Positions 10,600-20,861 of a DNA stretch of 64,000 bases are shown piece by piece. The stretch lies in the NCBI GenBank assembly GCA_963667015.2, contig CAXXJJ010000004.1, positions 3,808,001 to 3,872,000 of the forward strand, read 5' to 3'. Position numbers and translations under genes: made by a program. How positions within the stretch are numbered: the first letter of the stretch is position 1; every line of letters starts with the position of its first letter. This DNA comes from Desulfatiglandales bacterium. Lineage in GTDB: Bacteria > Desulfobacterota > DSM-4660 > Desulfatiglandales > HGW-15. Below the pieces are notes generated by a model. That model had not been told where the DNA came from. It saw only the letters and a program-made list of their open reading frames with translations, and did no database searches.

Positions 10600-11151
10600 T
10601 TGGGTATTTTAAAAGCTCTAAAGAAAAAAATATCAGGGCCTGAAAAAATAACAAAAAATGATCTGGGGCTCTTTGTCTTTGAAAACACCAGCGAGGTAAT
10701 CCGAGCAGAAAAGATATTAAAGGCGAATGGCTGGGAAATAAGAGTAATGGGTCCTCCGCCCGAGATAAGGAGCGGGTGTGACCTTGTTATTGAGTTCCCC
10801 CTGATAGAAGAACTCAACATCATCAGGCTGCTTAATGATAAAAATCTCACACCCATTGAGGTCGTTCCGGTTAACAGTCCACTGTTAAAACCGGTTAATC
10901 TATTTCAGGTAAAGGATTTCGGAAAGCACCTCATGGTGAGGGCAGCCAACATGAAACTGACCATTGACAAGGAAACCCTGATGATAGTCAATATATCCGG
11001 AGGGGGCTGCCCTGACGTCCCCTATCTGGCCCACGAGATGGTGGGAAAAAATTTATCAGACGCCCCCGATCCGGAAGATATCGGGCATACCCTGTGCGGG
11101 TATGCCCTTAAACTCGCCTATGAGGAGATAAAAAAACAATGCTTGCAGTAG
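10600..11151 (+). CDS. DUF3343-domain putative Se/S carrier protein
   Basis: VIRAEKILK, PPPEIRSGCD, SGGGCPDVP, TLCGY; probable TTG start at 10600. Confidence 0.7.
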   Translation: MGILKALKKKISGPEKITKNDLGLFVFENTSEVIRAEKILKANGWEIRVMGPPPEIRSGCDLVIEFPLIEELNIIRLLNDKNLTPIEVVPVNSPLLKPVNLFQVKDFGKHLMVRAANMKLTIDKETLMIVNISGGGCPDVPYLAHEMVGKNLSDAPDPEDIGHTLCGYALKLAYEEIKKQCLQ

Positions 11152-12002
11152 TGGGGACTGTCCCGATAAAGGGTTTTCCTCTTGTAGCAGGAGAAGTGAC
11201 CCTTGAGGATTATTCTATTGTTATAGAAGGACACAAGGTTCCGGTAAACCGCGGCACCCCGGCATTGATAGGGGCATCAATAGAAACCGCCCGGGTAAAG
11301 GGCGATGATAAGATGTTCGCATTTCTTGTGGGGGATATCGGGCTTGGAGACGGAAGCAGGAAACTTTATAAATATCTTTCCGAAAATTTAAGCAAATATG
11401 ATTTTGATGTGATTACCTTTCATTATCTTCAGCCTGATACTGACTGGCATAACAGGGTCCTGTTTTCTTTGGAAGATATGAAAAAGAGACCGTTTCTTAT
11501 TGCTGATGCAGGATTTATGTATGCAGCAAAAATGAGCGGGCAGGCTTCTGAATATGACCTTTTTACCCCGGATGCAGGAGAACTGGCCTTTCTTGCAGAT
11601 GAAGAAGCCCCTCATCCCTTTTATACAAGGGGATTTATCCTCCACGAGGACAATAATACCCCGGACCTGATAAGCCGCGCCTACAGCCATGATAATGCGG
11701 CAAAATATCTCCTGGTAAAAGGAAAAAAAGATTATATTGCAAATAACAAAGGGATTATAGGCCATGTTGAAGAACCCTCGGAAGAGACAATGGAGGCAAT
11801 AGGCGGAACAGGCGATACCCTGACCGGTATAGTCTCTTCCCTTATAGCATCAGGCATGGAAACAGTTGAGGCATCCATATCAGCGGCCAGGATAAACAGG
11901 CTGGCAGGTCATTATACAAAACCTGACCCGTCCACGCAGATCATGGATATCATCAGAAATATTTCCTCTTCCGCAGAGACGGCCGATCGGGCAAAGGTAT
12001 AA
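11139..12002 (+). CDS. Ribokinase-fold, NAD(P)H-hydrate dehydratase-like protein
   Basis: IADAG, FTPDAGEL, LLVKG, IGGTGDTLTG. Confidence 0.72.
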   Translation: MLAVVGTVPIKGFPLVAGEVTLEDYSIVIEGHKVPVNRGTPALIGASIETARVKGDDKMFAFLVGDIGLGDGSRKLYKYLSENLSKYDFDVITFHYLQPDTDWHNRVLFSLEDMKKRPFLIADAGFMYAAKMSGQASEYDLFTPDAGELAFLADEEAPHPFYTRGFILHEDNNTPDLISRAYSHDNAAKYLLVKGKKDYIANNKGIIGHVEEPSEETMEAIGGTGDTLTGIVSSLIASGMETVEASISAARINRLAGHYTKPDPSTQIMDIIRNISSSAETADRAKV

Positions 12003-12006
12003 ATAT

Positions 12007-12231
12007 ATGGAAAAAAATAAAATAAAAATTTCCCCGGATATGACCGTGCTCGATATTGTATCAAACAATAAAAACACAATTGAAATATTCCAAGGCTATG
12101 ATGAACAGGCAGGTGAATGCATATGCTGCGAATCCCTTTTTGAAACCCTTGACAAGGTAGCGGAGAAATATGGTATTGACCATAATAAATTATTAAATGA
12201 CCTTAATGCCGTGTGTCCTGAAGACACTTGA
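12007..12231 (+). CDS. Small DUF1858-like Cys-rich protein
   Basis: ISPDMTVLDIV...CICCESLFETL. Confidence 0.6.
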   Translation: MEKNKIKISPDMTVLDIVSNNKNTIEIFQGYDEQAGECICCESLFETLDKVAEKYGIDHNKLLNDLNAVCPEDT

Positions 12232-12263
12232 TCGGGAGTCGCTACAGGGGATGGAAAAGCAGA

Positions 12264-13070
12264 ATGAAAGATAATAAGATTTTTTTTGCAGGGATTGATA
12301 TCGGTTCCATGACCACAAAGTGTGTAATCATGGGTAACAACGGGGTAACAGGCAGTATTGTCTTACCTACAGATTCAGCACCAAAGGTTTCCGGTGTAAA
12401 TGCGCTGGAAACAGTATTGACTAAAATCGGCATAGACAGATCATCTGTTTCTTATATTGTAGGAACCGGTTACGGCAGGATATCCCTTGACCTTTTTGAC
12501 CATACGGCAACAGAACTTACATGCCATGCAAAGGGCGTAATGCATGTGAACCGTGATGTTTATGGAATCATTGATATCGGCGGCCAGGACAGTAAGGCCA
12601 TAAAGCTTAAACCAGACGGCACCATAATGGATTTTGTTTTAAATGACAGGTGCGCTGCAGGTACCGGTCGTTTTCTTGAGGTAATGGCCAATGCCCTTAA
12701 ACTGGATTTAGATGAATTTGGCGAACTGTACGAAAAGTCCGATAGTCCCTGCCCCATAAACAGTACCTGTATTGTATTTGCCGAATCAGAGGTAATATCA
12801 CTTTCCGCACAGGGTGAATCAAAGACCGACATAGCGGCAGGCCTTCATCAGAGCATTGCAAAACGAGTTGGGAATATGGCAAAAAGACTCGGCATAAAAG
12901 AGAAGATAGCGTTTGTCGGCGGGGTGGCAAAAAACAATGGTATGAGACGCGCGCTTGAGGATTACATGGGGATAAAATTTGTTTCCCTTTCAGGCGATCC
13001 CCAGATTACCGGGGCATTAGGAGCAGCAGTCATTGCACGGAATCAGTTTGTTAAGAGACATGAAAACTAA
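12264..13070 (+). CDS. ATP-dependent [4Fe-4S] activase (acyl-CoA dehydratase activase/DCCP-reductase type)
   Basis: GIDIGS, GTGYGR, DIGGQDSK, NDRCAAGTGRFLE, CIVFAESE, GGVAKN. Confidence 0.9.
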   Translation: MKDNKIFFAGIDIGSMTTKCVIMGNNGVTGSIVLPTDSAPKVSGVNALETVLTKIGIDRSSVSYIVGTGYGRISLDLFDHTATELTCHAKGVMHVNRDVYGIIDIGGQDSKAIKLKPDGTIMDFVLNDRCAAGTGRFLEVMANALKLDLDEFGELYEKSDSPCPINSTCIVFAESEVISLSAQGESKTDIAAGLHQSIAKRVGNMAKRLGIKEKIAFVGGVAKNNGMRRALEDYMGIKFVSLSGDPQITGALGAAVIARNQFVKRHEN

Positions 13071-13094
13071 TAATTTATAAAACGGGATGTCCCA

Positions 13095-14738
13095 TTACTC
13101 AATATCACTATCAAATACTATTGTTCTGTTCCTTCCCTCTTCCTTTGCCTGGTAAAGGGCCTTGTCTGCCTGTTCTATAATTATACCCCTGTCACACTTT
13201 TTATCGCTTTTATACTGGGCTATTCCTATGCTCACAGTAATATTCATGTGTACCGAATTATATGTGAAATCATAAGACTCAACCAGCTCCCGGAATCTTT
13301 CACACATGACACCCGCTTCTTCTATGTTTGTATGGGGCAGTAGAACGGCAAATTCCTCACCACCATAGCGGCAGGCTATATCATTGTCACGAATAGACTC
13401 TTTGAGCAGGTTCCCGATTTTTGAAAGGACTTTATCCCCTGCCAGATGGCCATGGGTGTCATTAACCACCTTAAAATGGTCAATATCAAAAATACACAGG
13501 ACCAGGGCTGTCCTGTATCTTTGAGACCGGGCCATTTCAGTCTCAATGGCATCAATAAAATAACGCCGGTTATACAGTCCGGTCAGTTCATCCCGAACAG
13601 ACATATCTACCATTCTGTTATAGGCTTCCTTTACCTGTCTTTTGAGCTGGGCCTTTTCAAGGGTGTTCATAATGGTTCTTGAAAGGGAATTACTGTTCAG
13701 GCTGTCTTTCGGGAGGTAATCATAGGCACCCGCCTGAATGATCTTCGAGGCGATCACCTCATTACCCTTTCCTGTTATGATAACTGCCGGAATTTCGCAC
13801 TGCTCTTCCTTCATTCTTTCCAGCATTTCAAAGGCATTCCCGTCAGGCAGGTAATAATCCAGCAGCATCAGATCAAGCTGCTTCTTTTTCATGATACTAA
13901 AGGTTTCCTCAATACTTTTTACCCTGTTAATATTGATATTATTGCTTTCCGTTAAAATATTATTGATTAACTCAAAATCATCATCCGCTTCTTCTACTAC
14001 CAGGATATTTATTTTTTGCTCAATATTTATAATTGAGACGCCGCGCGAGTATGGAATTACATCATCATACCTGATTGTCTGAATTTTCTGGACTATCCCT
14101 GATATCCGGTTGGTTGCTTCCTCTATTTTTCCAACATATTCAAGGATTGTATCAGGATTCTTTTCCATTTTTATTAGATCAACCGTTCCCAGAAGTCCCA
14201 TTAAGGGCTGATTGAGTTCATGGGCAGTTGCCCCTGAAAGCTGGAGAAGCACTTTTAATCTTTCTTCTTCAATAATTGACCTCTGCTGATCAAGAATCTT
14301 TCTATTGGCATCCCTCAGCTCTTCATTTGTTATCTCAAGCGCCTTCCTCTGGTTGTACTGTTCCAGGAAAATTTTGACCTTCCCCTTGAGGGTATGAGGA
14401 TTAAAGGGTTTAAAGATATAGTCAACCGCACCGGCTTCATAGCCCCTGAATATATTTTCCGGACTTTTACTGATAGCTGTAACAAAAATAATCGGAATGT
14501 GCTTTGTCTTTGCACTGCCCCGCATTAACTCTGCAGTCTCAAAACCATCCATCTCTGGCATCTGTACGTCCATGAGGACAAGGGCAAAATCATTGTCAAG
14601 CATACAGGAAAGCGCCTCATTACCGGATCTGGCGCTTACTGTTGTGGCGTTAAGGTCTTTAAGAATACCTTCGAGCACCGTAATATTAGTAGACAGGTCA
14701 TCCACAATGAGAATTTTCGGCTTCTCGGAATTTGCCAT
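13095..14738 (-). CDS. Response-regulator diguanylate cyclase (REC-HisKA-REC-GGDEF)
   Basis: Two receiver domains, AHELNQPL, DELTGLYNRR, RYGGEEF. Confidence 0.9.
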   Translation of the reverse strand: MANSEKPKILIVDDLSTNITVLEGILKDLNATTVSARSGNEALSCMLDNDFALVLMDVQMPEMDGFETAELMRGSAKTKHIPIIFVTAISKSPENIFRGYEAGAVDYIFKPFNPHTLKGKVKIFLEQYNQRKALEITNEELRDANRKILDQQRSIIEEERLKVLLQLSGATAHELNQPLMGLLGTVDLIKMEKNPDTILEYVGKIEEATNRISGIVQKIQTIRYDDVIPYSRGVSIINIEQKINILVVEEADDDFELINNILTESNNININRVKSIEETFSIMKKKQLDLMLLDYYLPDGNAFEMLERMKEEQCEIPAVIITGKGNEVIASKIIQAGAYDYLPKDSLNSNSLSRTIMNTLEKAQLKRQVKEAYNRMVDMSVRDELTGLYNRRYFIDAIETEMARSQRYRTALVLCIFDIDHFKVVNDTHGHLAGDKVLSKIGNLLKESIRDNDIACRYGGEEFAVLLPHTNIEEAGVMCERFRELVESYDFTYNSVHMNITVSIGIAQYKSDKKCDRGIIIEQADKALYQAKEEGRNRTIVFDSDIE

Positions 14739-14755
14739 AGCGGCTCCTTTTTTCG

Positions 14756-17700
14756 TTAATAAAGCCATGCTCTAAGTATAGAAAACAACCTCTCCTTTTC
14801 AAAGGGTTTGGAGAGATAATCACTTGCCCCGGCCTCCAGACATTTTGCACGATCGCCCTTCATCGCCTTGGCTGTAAGAGAAATAATGGGCAGGCTTGCA
14901 AAAATTTTCTGTTTCCGGATTTTTTTAATTGCTGTAAAGCCATCCATCTCCGGCATCATCATATCCATTATGACAAGATCAATATCATGGTTATTTCTTA
15001 GACAGTCCAGGGCTTCATAGCCGTTCTTTGCTACAAGAACCCTCATGCCTTTCTGCTCCAGGATATTTGTCACCACGAAAACATTGCGCATATCATCATC
15101 TGTAAGAAGTATCTTTTTATCCTTAAATATTGACTCCTTATCATTGATAAGCCGCAGCATCTTTCTTTTTTCTTCAGGAAGCTTTGATTCTGCCAGATGT
15201 ATGTACAAAGAGACTTCTGCCAATAGTTTTGCAGGGGAATTTACGCCTTTTACGATAATGCTTTCTGTATATTCATCAAGGATTGCCCGTTCATGGGCAG
15301 TGAGTTTTTTTCCAGTGTACACAATAATAGGAGAAGCAAACCTGGACCGGTTATTTTTTATTGCTGAAAGTATCTCAAAACCGGACATGTCCGGAAGCGA
15401 TAGATCCAGAATAACACAATCAAAACCTGTATCTGCGAGCTTTTCCATTGCCTCTTCGCCGGTTGATACGTTGACTATCCTGACACCCGTGCCATCAAAC
15501 AGTTTTTCTATTATTTTTCTTGTAACCAGATTATCTTCAACTAAAAGAATACTTTTATCAGATTTTGAAATTATCTTTTCAATATCTGTGAACAGTTTTT
15601 CCAGGTCTTCCATGCTGACAGGCTTTTGTATAAAATCTGCAGCCCCCATCTTCATGGCTTCACGTGAACTGTCAGACGCCGAAATAAAATAAACCGGTAT
15701 ATGTCTAGTTTCATTATTTTCCTTAAGGCGCGTCATTACGGTCCAGCCGTTGACAACAGGAAGCTTTATATCCAGAATTATAGCAGAAGGTTTATAAATT
15801 TCTGCTAGATGAAGGCCGGCCTTACCGTCCTGTTCAATAACAACTTTTAATCCCTTTTTTCGGAAAAAATCTCTCAGGGCTTCAGTAAACTTTGGATCAT
15901 CATCGATTATCAAAATTGAATTATCATTTTCCGATATTCCATCCCGATCATCAGATACGATCTGACCAGTTTTATCCGTCTTTTCATGTTTTTTTCCTGC
16001 GGCTGTATCCTGTAACGGATCATTTCTATCGGACAACCCATTGATAACATCATCTGTAACCAGAGAGAGCCTCGGTGATTCCGGAAGGTATAAAATAAAG
16101 GTAGCCCCTTTCCCAGACTTGCTTTCAGCCTGTATTTCACCTCCGAGGATGCCGGCAAGCTCCTTTGATATTGATAATCCCAAACCGGTACCTCCATATT
16201 TTCTGCTTGTAGAACCATCTGCCTGCTGAAAGGCGTCAAAAATAAGACTAAGTTTTTCTTTGGGGATGCCAATACCTGTATCGGAAACAGCAAAGGAAAT
16301 GCATTGATCATGCCTTAATCCGCTCAGGGACAGATCTGTTTTTCTGTCCGGCCTGCTGATCCTTAGCTCTATTCCTCCACGCGATGTGAATTTGAATGCA
16401 TTTGATAACAGATTTTTTAAGACCTGTTCAATTCTCTGGCTGTCAGACCGTATTACCGGGGGAAGGCCATCATCTATAGATATAGTGAAACTTATATTTT
16501 TCTCCGCTACAACCGGTTTAAAATTCCTTTCGACCGCGTTTGTTATTTCAATTAACGGAACATCCTCAATATTCAGTTCTACTTTTCCGGATTCAACCTT
16601 TGAAAGATCAAGTATCTCATTTATAAGTTTTAACAGATCATATCCCGAAGACTGAACGGATTTTGCATATTCAACCTGCTTTTCTGTCAGATTTTCATCC
16701 CTGTTGTCTGAAAGAAGCTGAGATAAAAGGATAATGCTGTTGAGCGGAGTTCTTAACTCATGAGACATGTTTGCCAGAAACTGGGATTTATACTGACTTG
16801 CAATCTCAACTTCCTTTGCCCTGTCTTCAAGGAGCCGACGCGCTTCTTCCAGTGCGAGGTTTTTCACTTTCATATCTTCTTTCTGTTTTTCCAGGATCTG
16901 CGTCTGCTCTTTCAGCACCTCATTCTTTTGTTTTAATTCTTCCTGCTGTATCTTGAGCCTTTCCTCAGATTCTTTGTGGGCCTTTGTCTCTTCCTCAAGT
17001 TTTTCATTAGCCTTCCTCAGGTCCTCCTGCTGTTTTTTAAGTTCCTCTGCCTGCGATAGAGTCTTTTCAAGAAATTCATCCATTTTCTGTCGCGACTGGG
17101 CATTATCCAGGGCTATTGCTATACTTTTTGAGAGAAAATCAAATAAATCCCTGATTCTTTCAGGAAAGCCATATATAGTTCCCACCTCAATAATAACCAT
17201 GGTATCTCCATTATCATCAGGGATGGGTACTATTAAGATGTTTCTGGGGACCATTTCTCCCAGGCCTGAACTGATGGTTAAATGATCGTCAGGGACATCC
17301 GTGAGATTAATAATTATTTTTTCAAGTGCTACCTGACCCAGGAGTCCTTCCCCTGGTTTGAACTCTTCGGCATTGCTGTTTTTGCTTCGCGCATATGCGT
17401 AGCTTCCATATAATCTGAATGTACTGTTTTCCCGGATATATATTATACCGGTTTGGGCGTTAACGTATTCGCAAACAAATGTAATTATCCTGCCGCAAAG
17501 ATCAGTGACACCCTGAGCCTTTCTCATCCCCTCAATAAGTGCAAACCGCCCGTTATTAAGCCAGGCCTGATAATCATTTTCTTCCATGGCATCTTTCAAT
17601 TTCAATATTATATCATTGAGAGATAATGCCAGTGCCCCGATCTCATTATCTGTACTGATTTCTATTATCTGGTCAAATTTACCCGATGCCGCCTGTCTGG

Positions 17701-17950
17701 CGCTCCTTAAGAGCTTTTCAATGGGGTCAGAAATACCTTTAGCCGCAATAAAGGCCAGTAAAGTGACAAAAATTATAAGTAGAACAATAAGATATATTGA
17801 AGCATGCGCATAATCGAAATACCGGTCAACAACTATAGGAATTAATGCAATTACCAAAAACCATAACAGAAGAGATTTAAATAATCTACCGGCATAGAAC
17901 AAACTAAAAATTACAGATCTGTCTTTATCATTGCTGTCATTGGCAGTCAT
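14756..17950 (-). CDS. Hybrid histidine kinase (HAMP-GAF-HK with three REC domains)
   Basis: FLANMSHELRTPLN, NLLSNAFKFT, GGTGLGL, three receivers. Confidence 0.93.
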   Translation of the reverse strand: MTANDSNDKDRSVIFSLFYAGRLFKSLLLWFLVIALIPIVVDRYFDYAHASIYLIVLLIIFVTLLAFIAAKGISDPIEKLLRSARQAASGKFDQIIEISTDNEIGALALSLNDIILKLKDAMEENDYQAWLNNGRFALIEGMRKAQGVTDLCGRIITFVCEYVNAQTGIIYIRENSTFRLYGSYAYARSKNSNAEEFKPGEGLLGQVALEKIIINLTDVPDDHLTISSGLGEMVPRNILIVPIPDDNGDTMVIIEVGTIYGFPERIRDLFDFLSKSIAIALDNAQSRQKMDEFLEKTLSQAEELKKQQEDLRKANEKLEEETKAHKESEERLKIQQEELKQKNEVLKEQTQILEKQKEDMKVKNLALEEARRLLEDRAKEVEIASQYKSQFLANMSHELRTPLNSIILLSQLLSDNRDENLTEKQVEYAKSVQSSGYDLLKLINEILDLSKVESGKVELNIEDVPLIEITNAVERNFKPVVAEKNISFTISIDDGLPPVIRSDSQRIEQVLKNLLSNAFKFTSRGGIELRISRPDRKTDLSLSGLRHDQCISFAVSDTGIGIPKEKLSLIFDAFQQADGSTSRKYGGTGLGLSISKELAGILGGEIQAESKSGKGATFILYLPESPRLSLVTDDVINGLSDRNDPLQDTAAGKKHEKTDKTGQIVSDDRDGISENDNSILIIDDDPKFTEALRDFFRKKGLKVVIEQDGKAGLHLAEIYKPSAIILDIKLPVVNGWTVMTRLKENNETRHIPVYFISASDSSREAMKMGAADFIQKPVSMEDLEKLFTDIEKIISKSDKSILLVEDNLVTRKIIEKLFDGTGVRIVNVSTGEEAMEKLADTGFDCVILDLSLPDMSGFEILSAIKNNRSRFASPIIVYTGKKLTAHERAILDEYTESIIVKGVNSPAKLLAEVSLYIHLAESKLPEEKRKMLRLINDKESIFKDKKILLTDDDMRNVFVVTNILEQKGMRVLVAKNGYEALDCLRNNHDIDLVIMDMMMPEMDGFTAIKKIRKQKIFASLPIISLTAKAMKGDRAKCLEAGASDYLSKPFEKERLFSILRAWLY

Positions 17951-18090
17951 TATGTGTCAATTCCTGTCTCAAAGATGTTACAAAAAACTATATTTTAATT
18001 CATTAATAAGACATAATGCTTTATGATAAGGCTTAATTAGTTTCCAATTAGTGCCTCAAAACTGTTTATGGATGGGCACTAATTAAATAT

Positions 18091-18106
18091 AGCAAAATCC
18101 CTGCCA
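18091..18106 (-). promoter_or_regulatory. Sigma-54 -24/-12 promoter for the hybrid kinase operon
   Basis: TGGCAGGGATTTTGCT (GG-N10-GC). Confidence 0.6.
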
Positions 18107-18310
18107 AAATCTTTTTAAGACATTTTTTATGAATTAAATTAACAAGTTATACAAATAACAAAGGCATATTTCAGAAAGAATTGAAAAATATAAACTAATA
18201 GGCATGATTTATGTCAAAATATTGACCTAAAATTAATTAACCTGTTGAGATTACAGAAAAGCCGGTAGATGCTGTCATTCCTGATTAATGAAGAAAGGGT
18301 TGTCTTTATT

Positions 18311-19117
18311 TCAGCCCGAATATTTTTTTGAAATAGCCTCAATTACCGCCCTGGCAATTATTTTTGCCTGAGGTGTAATTTCAAAGCAGATGTCCCTGTC
18401 ATTACCGGGATGAATGTCCCCAAGTTTTTGCCCCTTCCTGACACTGGCCGGAGTCCGTATAAGTCCCCAGACAATACCTGAAATCGGCGAAAGCAGTTTT
18501 ATGTCATCTACATACCCTATTATCCCGCCTTTTTTGACACTGTCTCCAATATCCTTTATCCCGGAGAGGGTGCCTGACCCCGGACTGGTTAAAAGCCTTT
18601 CAAGTGACTTACCCAGTACCTCGGTAGGTATTCCTGTATGCTCTTCAGCACATCCTTCCTCGATAACCTTTCCAAGTTCATGGATGTTCGGGTTTGTTTC
18701 AATAACATAATGGACATCTTTTCCGGCATAAAACCCGGGACCGAGGGCAATAACAAGGGGAGCCTGATCTATATGTGTGCCGGTATTCCTCTTTGCAAGG
18801 ATGCTGTCAACGATTATGTCGGGACAGATACTTTTAATAAGCTCATTATCCGGGGTGATAAGGAGGGGGATGACACCCTTTGACCACAGGGCATTTACAG
18901 AGTCAATCGATGGATCAGCCTTTTCGCAGACAATGCCCTTTACCTCTTTTCTTTGTTCAATTGCAGCTTCGCAAAAACATACACCCCTTCTTTCTGCCAG
19001 GGGATAAGGGAGGTCAGTCATTATAAGTCTTGTGAATCCATTGGAGAAAAGCTCATGAGCAACAGCGCTTGCCTTTTCTCCTGCACCCTTGATTAAAATA
19101 GTAAGTAATTTATTCAT
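18311..19117 (-). CDS. yqeB: Selenium-dependent molybdenum hydroxylase system protein, YqeB family
   Basis: ILIKGAGEKASAVA, DSILAKRNTGT, IALGPGFYAG, HTGIP. Confidence 0.82.
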   Translation of the reverse strand: MNKLLTILIKGAGEKASAVAHELFSNGFTRLIMTDLPYPLAERRGVCFCEAAIEQRKEVKGIVCEKADPSIDSVNALWSKGVIPLLITPDNELIKSICPDIIVDSILAKRNTGTHIDQAPLVIALGPGFYAGKDVHYVIETNPNIHELGKVIEEGCAEEHTGIPTEVLGKSLERLLTSPGSGTLSGIKDIGDSVKKGGIIGYVDDIKLLSPISGIVWGLIRTPASVRKGQKLGDIHPGNDRDICFEITPQAKIIARAVIEAISKKYSG

Positions 19118-19129
19118 TTCTGTTTTTTA

Positions 19130-19840
19130 TCAGCGAATATCCACTTTTACCCTGATTTGTTTGTCCGGATAGATGTCACTGTCTGTCTTCAGTGAAACAT
19201 AGTCGCTGTATTTACCTTTTTCTTTCTTTAAACTTGTGATGGTTACCTTGTATTTACTCGGTTCCGAGCTCTCAATTTCTTCCAGTTTGACAGCTATATT
19301 TCCTTTTTTTGATTCGGCAGAAAGCACGTTTAACGGGTGCCTCCTGTCATGGGAAATAAAAATTTCGGCCTTAAGATTTTCTCCTTCATTGCCCTCAAGG
19401 GTTACCCTGGTCGGTTCAATAATAAGGATTGGATCCACATTGCCCTTTATTGAAAGATCAAAACTCTCTTTGTTCGGATCATTGCTGTCACCCCGCACCT
19501 TATAATCAACCGTCCCGCTCGATCCCTTGCTGTCAAATTCAAGGGTAACAACACCCTTTTCACCGGGCATGATTTTCTCTGTATAGTCTGCAACAGCACA
19601 TGCGCAGTTTGATCTTACCCTCGGGATCAGCAGCGGCTCATCGCCTTTATTCTCAATAATAAAATCACGGGTAATTACTGTACTCTCAAGTATGGTCCCG
19701 AAATCATAGGTGTCTTTTTCAATATAGAGAACAGGGGCGGCTCCGGCTTCAACGGAAAACCCAAGCAACAGGACACCATAATAAAATAAACATGAAACAG
19801 CAAATACTATTCTATGGAGATATTTTTTAACTTTTTTCAT
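19130..19840 (-). CDS. DUF1573-domain exported Ig-like protein (CxC form)
   Basis: YDFGTI, FIIENKGDEPLLI, SNCAC, IMPGEKG. Confidence 0.75.
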   Translation of the reverse strand: MKKVKKYLHRIVFAVSCLFYYGVLLLGFSVEAGAAPVLYIEKDTYDFGTILESTVITRDFIIENKGDEPLLIPRVRSNCACAVADYTEKIMPGEKGVVTLEFDSKGSSGTVDYKVRGDSNDPNKESFDLSIKGNVDPILIIEPTRVTLEGNEGENLKAEIFISHDRRHPLNVLSAESKKGNIAVKLEEIESSEPSKYKVTITSLKKEKGKYSDYVSLKTDSDIYPDKQIRVKVDIR

Positions 19841-19970
19841 AATATTACCCCGACCTTGTTATATTAAAATTTGATCTTTATATATAGTAATTTTCAAAAT
19901 TCATTGCAAGTAGTTGCAAGACATTGGACATCACAGGTAACCGATTTATTCATAAAACAGGCCGGCAACT

Positions 19971-20022
19971 ATCGTTTTATCCAATCCATCCCGAATTATT
20001 TATCGGAATATACAACTTGACA
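19971..20022 (+). promoter_or_regulatory. Shared operator/promoter, site 3 (Mo-hydroxylase operon)
   Basis: ATCGTTTTATCCAAT-N16-ATCGGAATATACAAC-TTGACA. Confidence 0.72.
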
Positions 20023-20088
20023 AATTTGTCGCCCATTTATAAGTAGAATATGTATCATTGAAATATTCAATTTTTTACCGGAGTTTTT

Positions 20089-20148
20089 ATGAAGATATTT
20101 TTCGGCTTTACCTGAGGGATTAACAGGTTATCTACCCGGGTCTGGTAG
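20089..20148 (+). CDS. Leader peptide 1, MKIFFGFT-U-GINRLSTRVW (UGA at 20113-20115)
   Basis: GGAG 5 nt before ATG; paralogue at 35760; hairpin CTA-C-CCGG-GT-CTGG-TAG at 20132-20148. Confidence 0.72.
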
Positions 20149-20350
20149 TCCAGGGAACGGCTGAAGAATAATTATCAACATCATATAACAATCAAAAAAC
20201 ACTTCTCCCTACCCCTGGCCTTTAATTTGTTGCCACCTGCAATCAGGGAAAACCTGTCCCTTCATACTATATTAGTACCAGGCAATAAATAAATCAGCGC
20301 AAAAAAACTCATCCCTTAATGTGCGAAATCGCCAGAAAGGAAGGTTAAAA

Positions 20351-20851
20351 ATGAAATATGTCAAGGTCAGCGCAAGAGTCGAACGCCGTATCAAATCTCT
20401 TGAACAGTCCGACAAAGCTGGAAAGATAATAGCAAAAAAGGCTGAAAGCATTATTGAAGATATAAAATCGGGCGCCACGGCTGAACACCGGGAACAAAAA
20501 GGCATGTTTACAAAATACGGAGAGAAAAGGATCAAGTATTGCAGGAAATATGATTTCGGATGCGGCTATCGCATGATTACCCTGCAACAGGACTCAACGA
20601 TTCTGGTTCCCTTTTTAGGCACCCATGACGAATGTCACCGATGGCTGGAAACCAATAATAAATCAAAACATATCGCTGCAGGAAACGGAACGGTTGTTTC
20701 TGTTCAATATGAAAGACAGGATGAGGAAGATTCCCCCTGTGATGAGATTCCTGAGCTATTTATGGATGAAACCCCACTGGACATAAGCGAACAGGATTTA
20801 CGGGTTGTGTTTCGCGGTCTGGTAGAGGGCGCAAAGAGGAGATCAAGGTAA
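20351..20851 (+). CDS. Hypothetical protein, possibly RelE-like fold
   Basis: RBS GGAAGG; GYRMITL..FLGTHDEC. Confidence 0.6.
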   Translation: MKYVKVSARVERRIKSLEQSDKAGKIIAKKAESIIEDIKSGATAEHREQKGMFTKYGEKRIKYCRKYDFGCGYRMITLQQDSTILVPFLGTHDECHRWLETNNKSKHIAAGNGTVVSVQYERQDEEDSPCDEIPELFMDETPLDISEQDLRVVFRGLVEGAKRRSR

Positions 20852-20861
20852 GAGACCGATT

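Noticed and set aside
12229..12267. Read-through of the small Cys protein's TGA to a second TGA overlapping the activase start
   Set aside because: No convincing hairpin follows and the protein looks complete.
19900..19960. An eighth operator copy for the DUF1573-yqeB unit
   Set aside because: An ATCGG half-site and TTGCAA are present, but the spacing does not fit the 15-16-15 layout.
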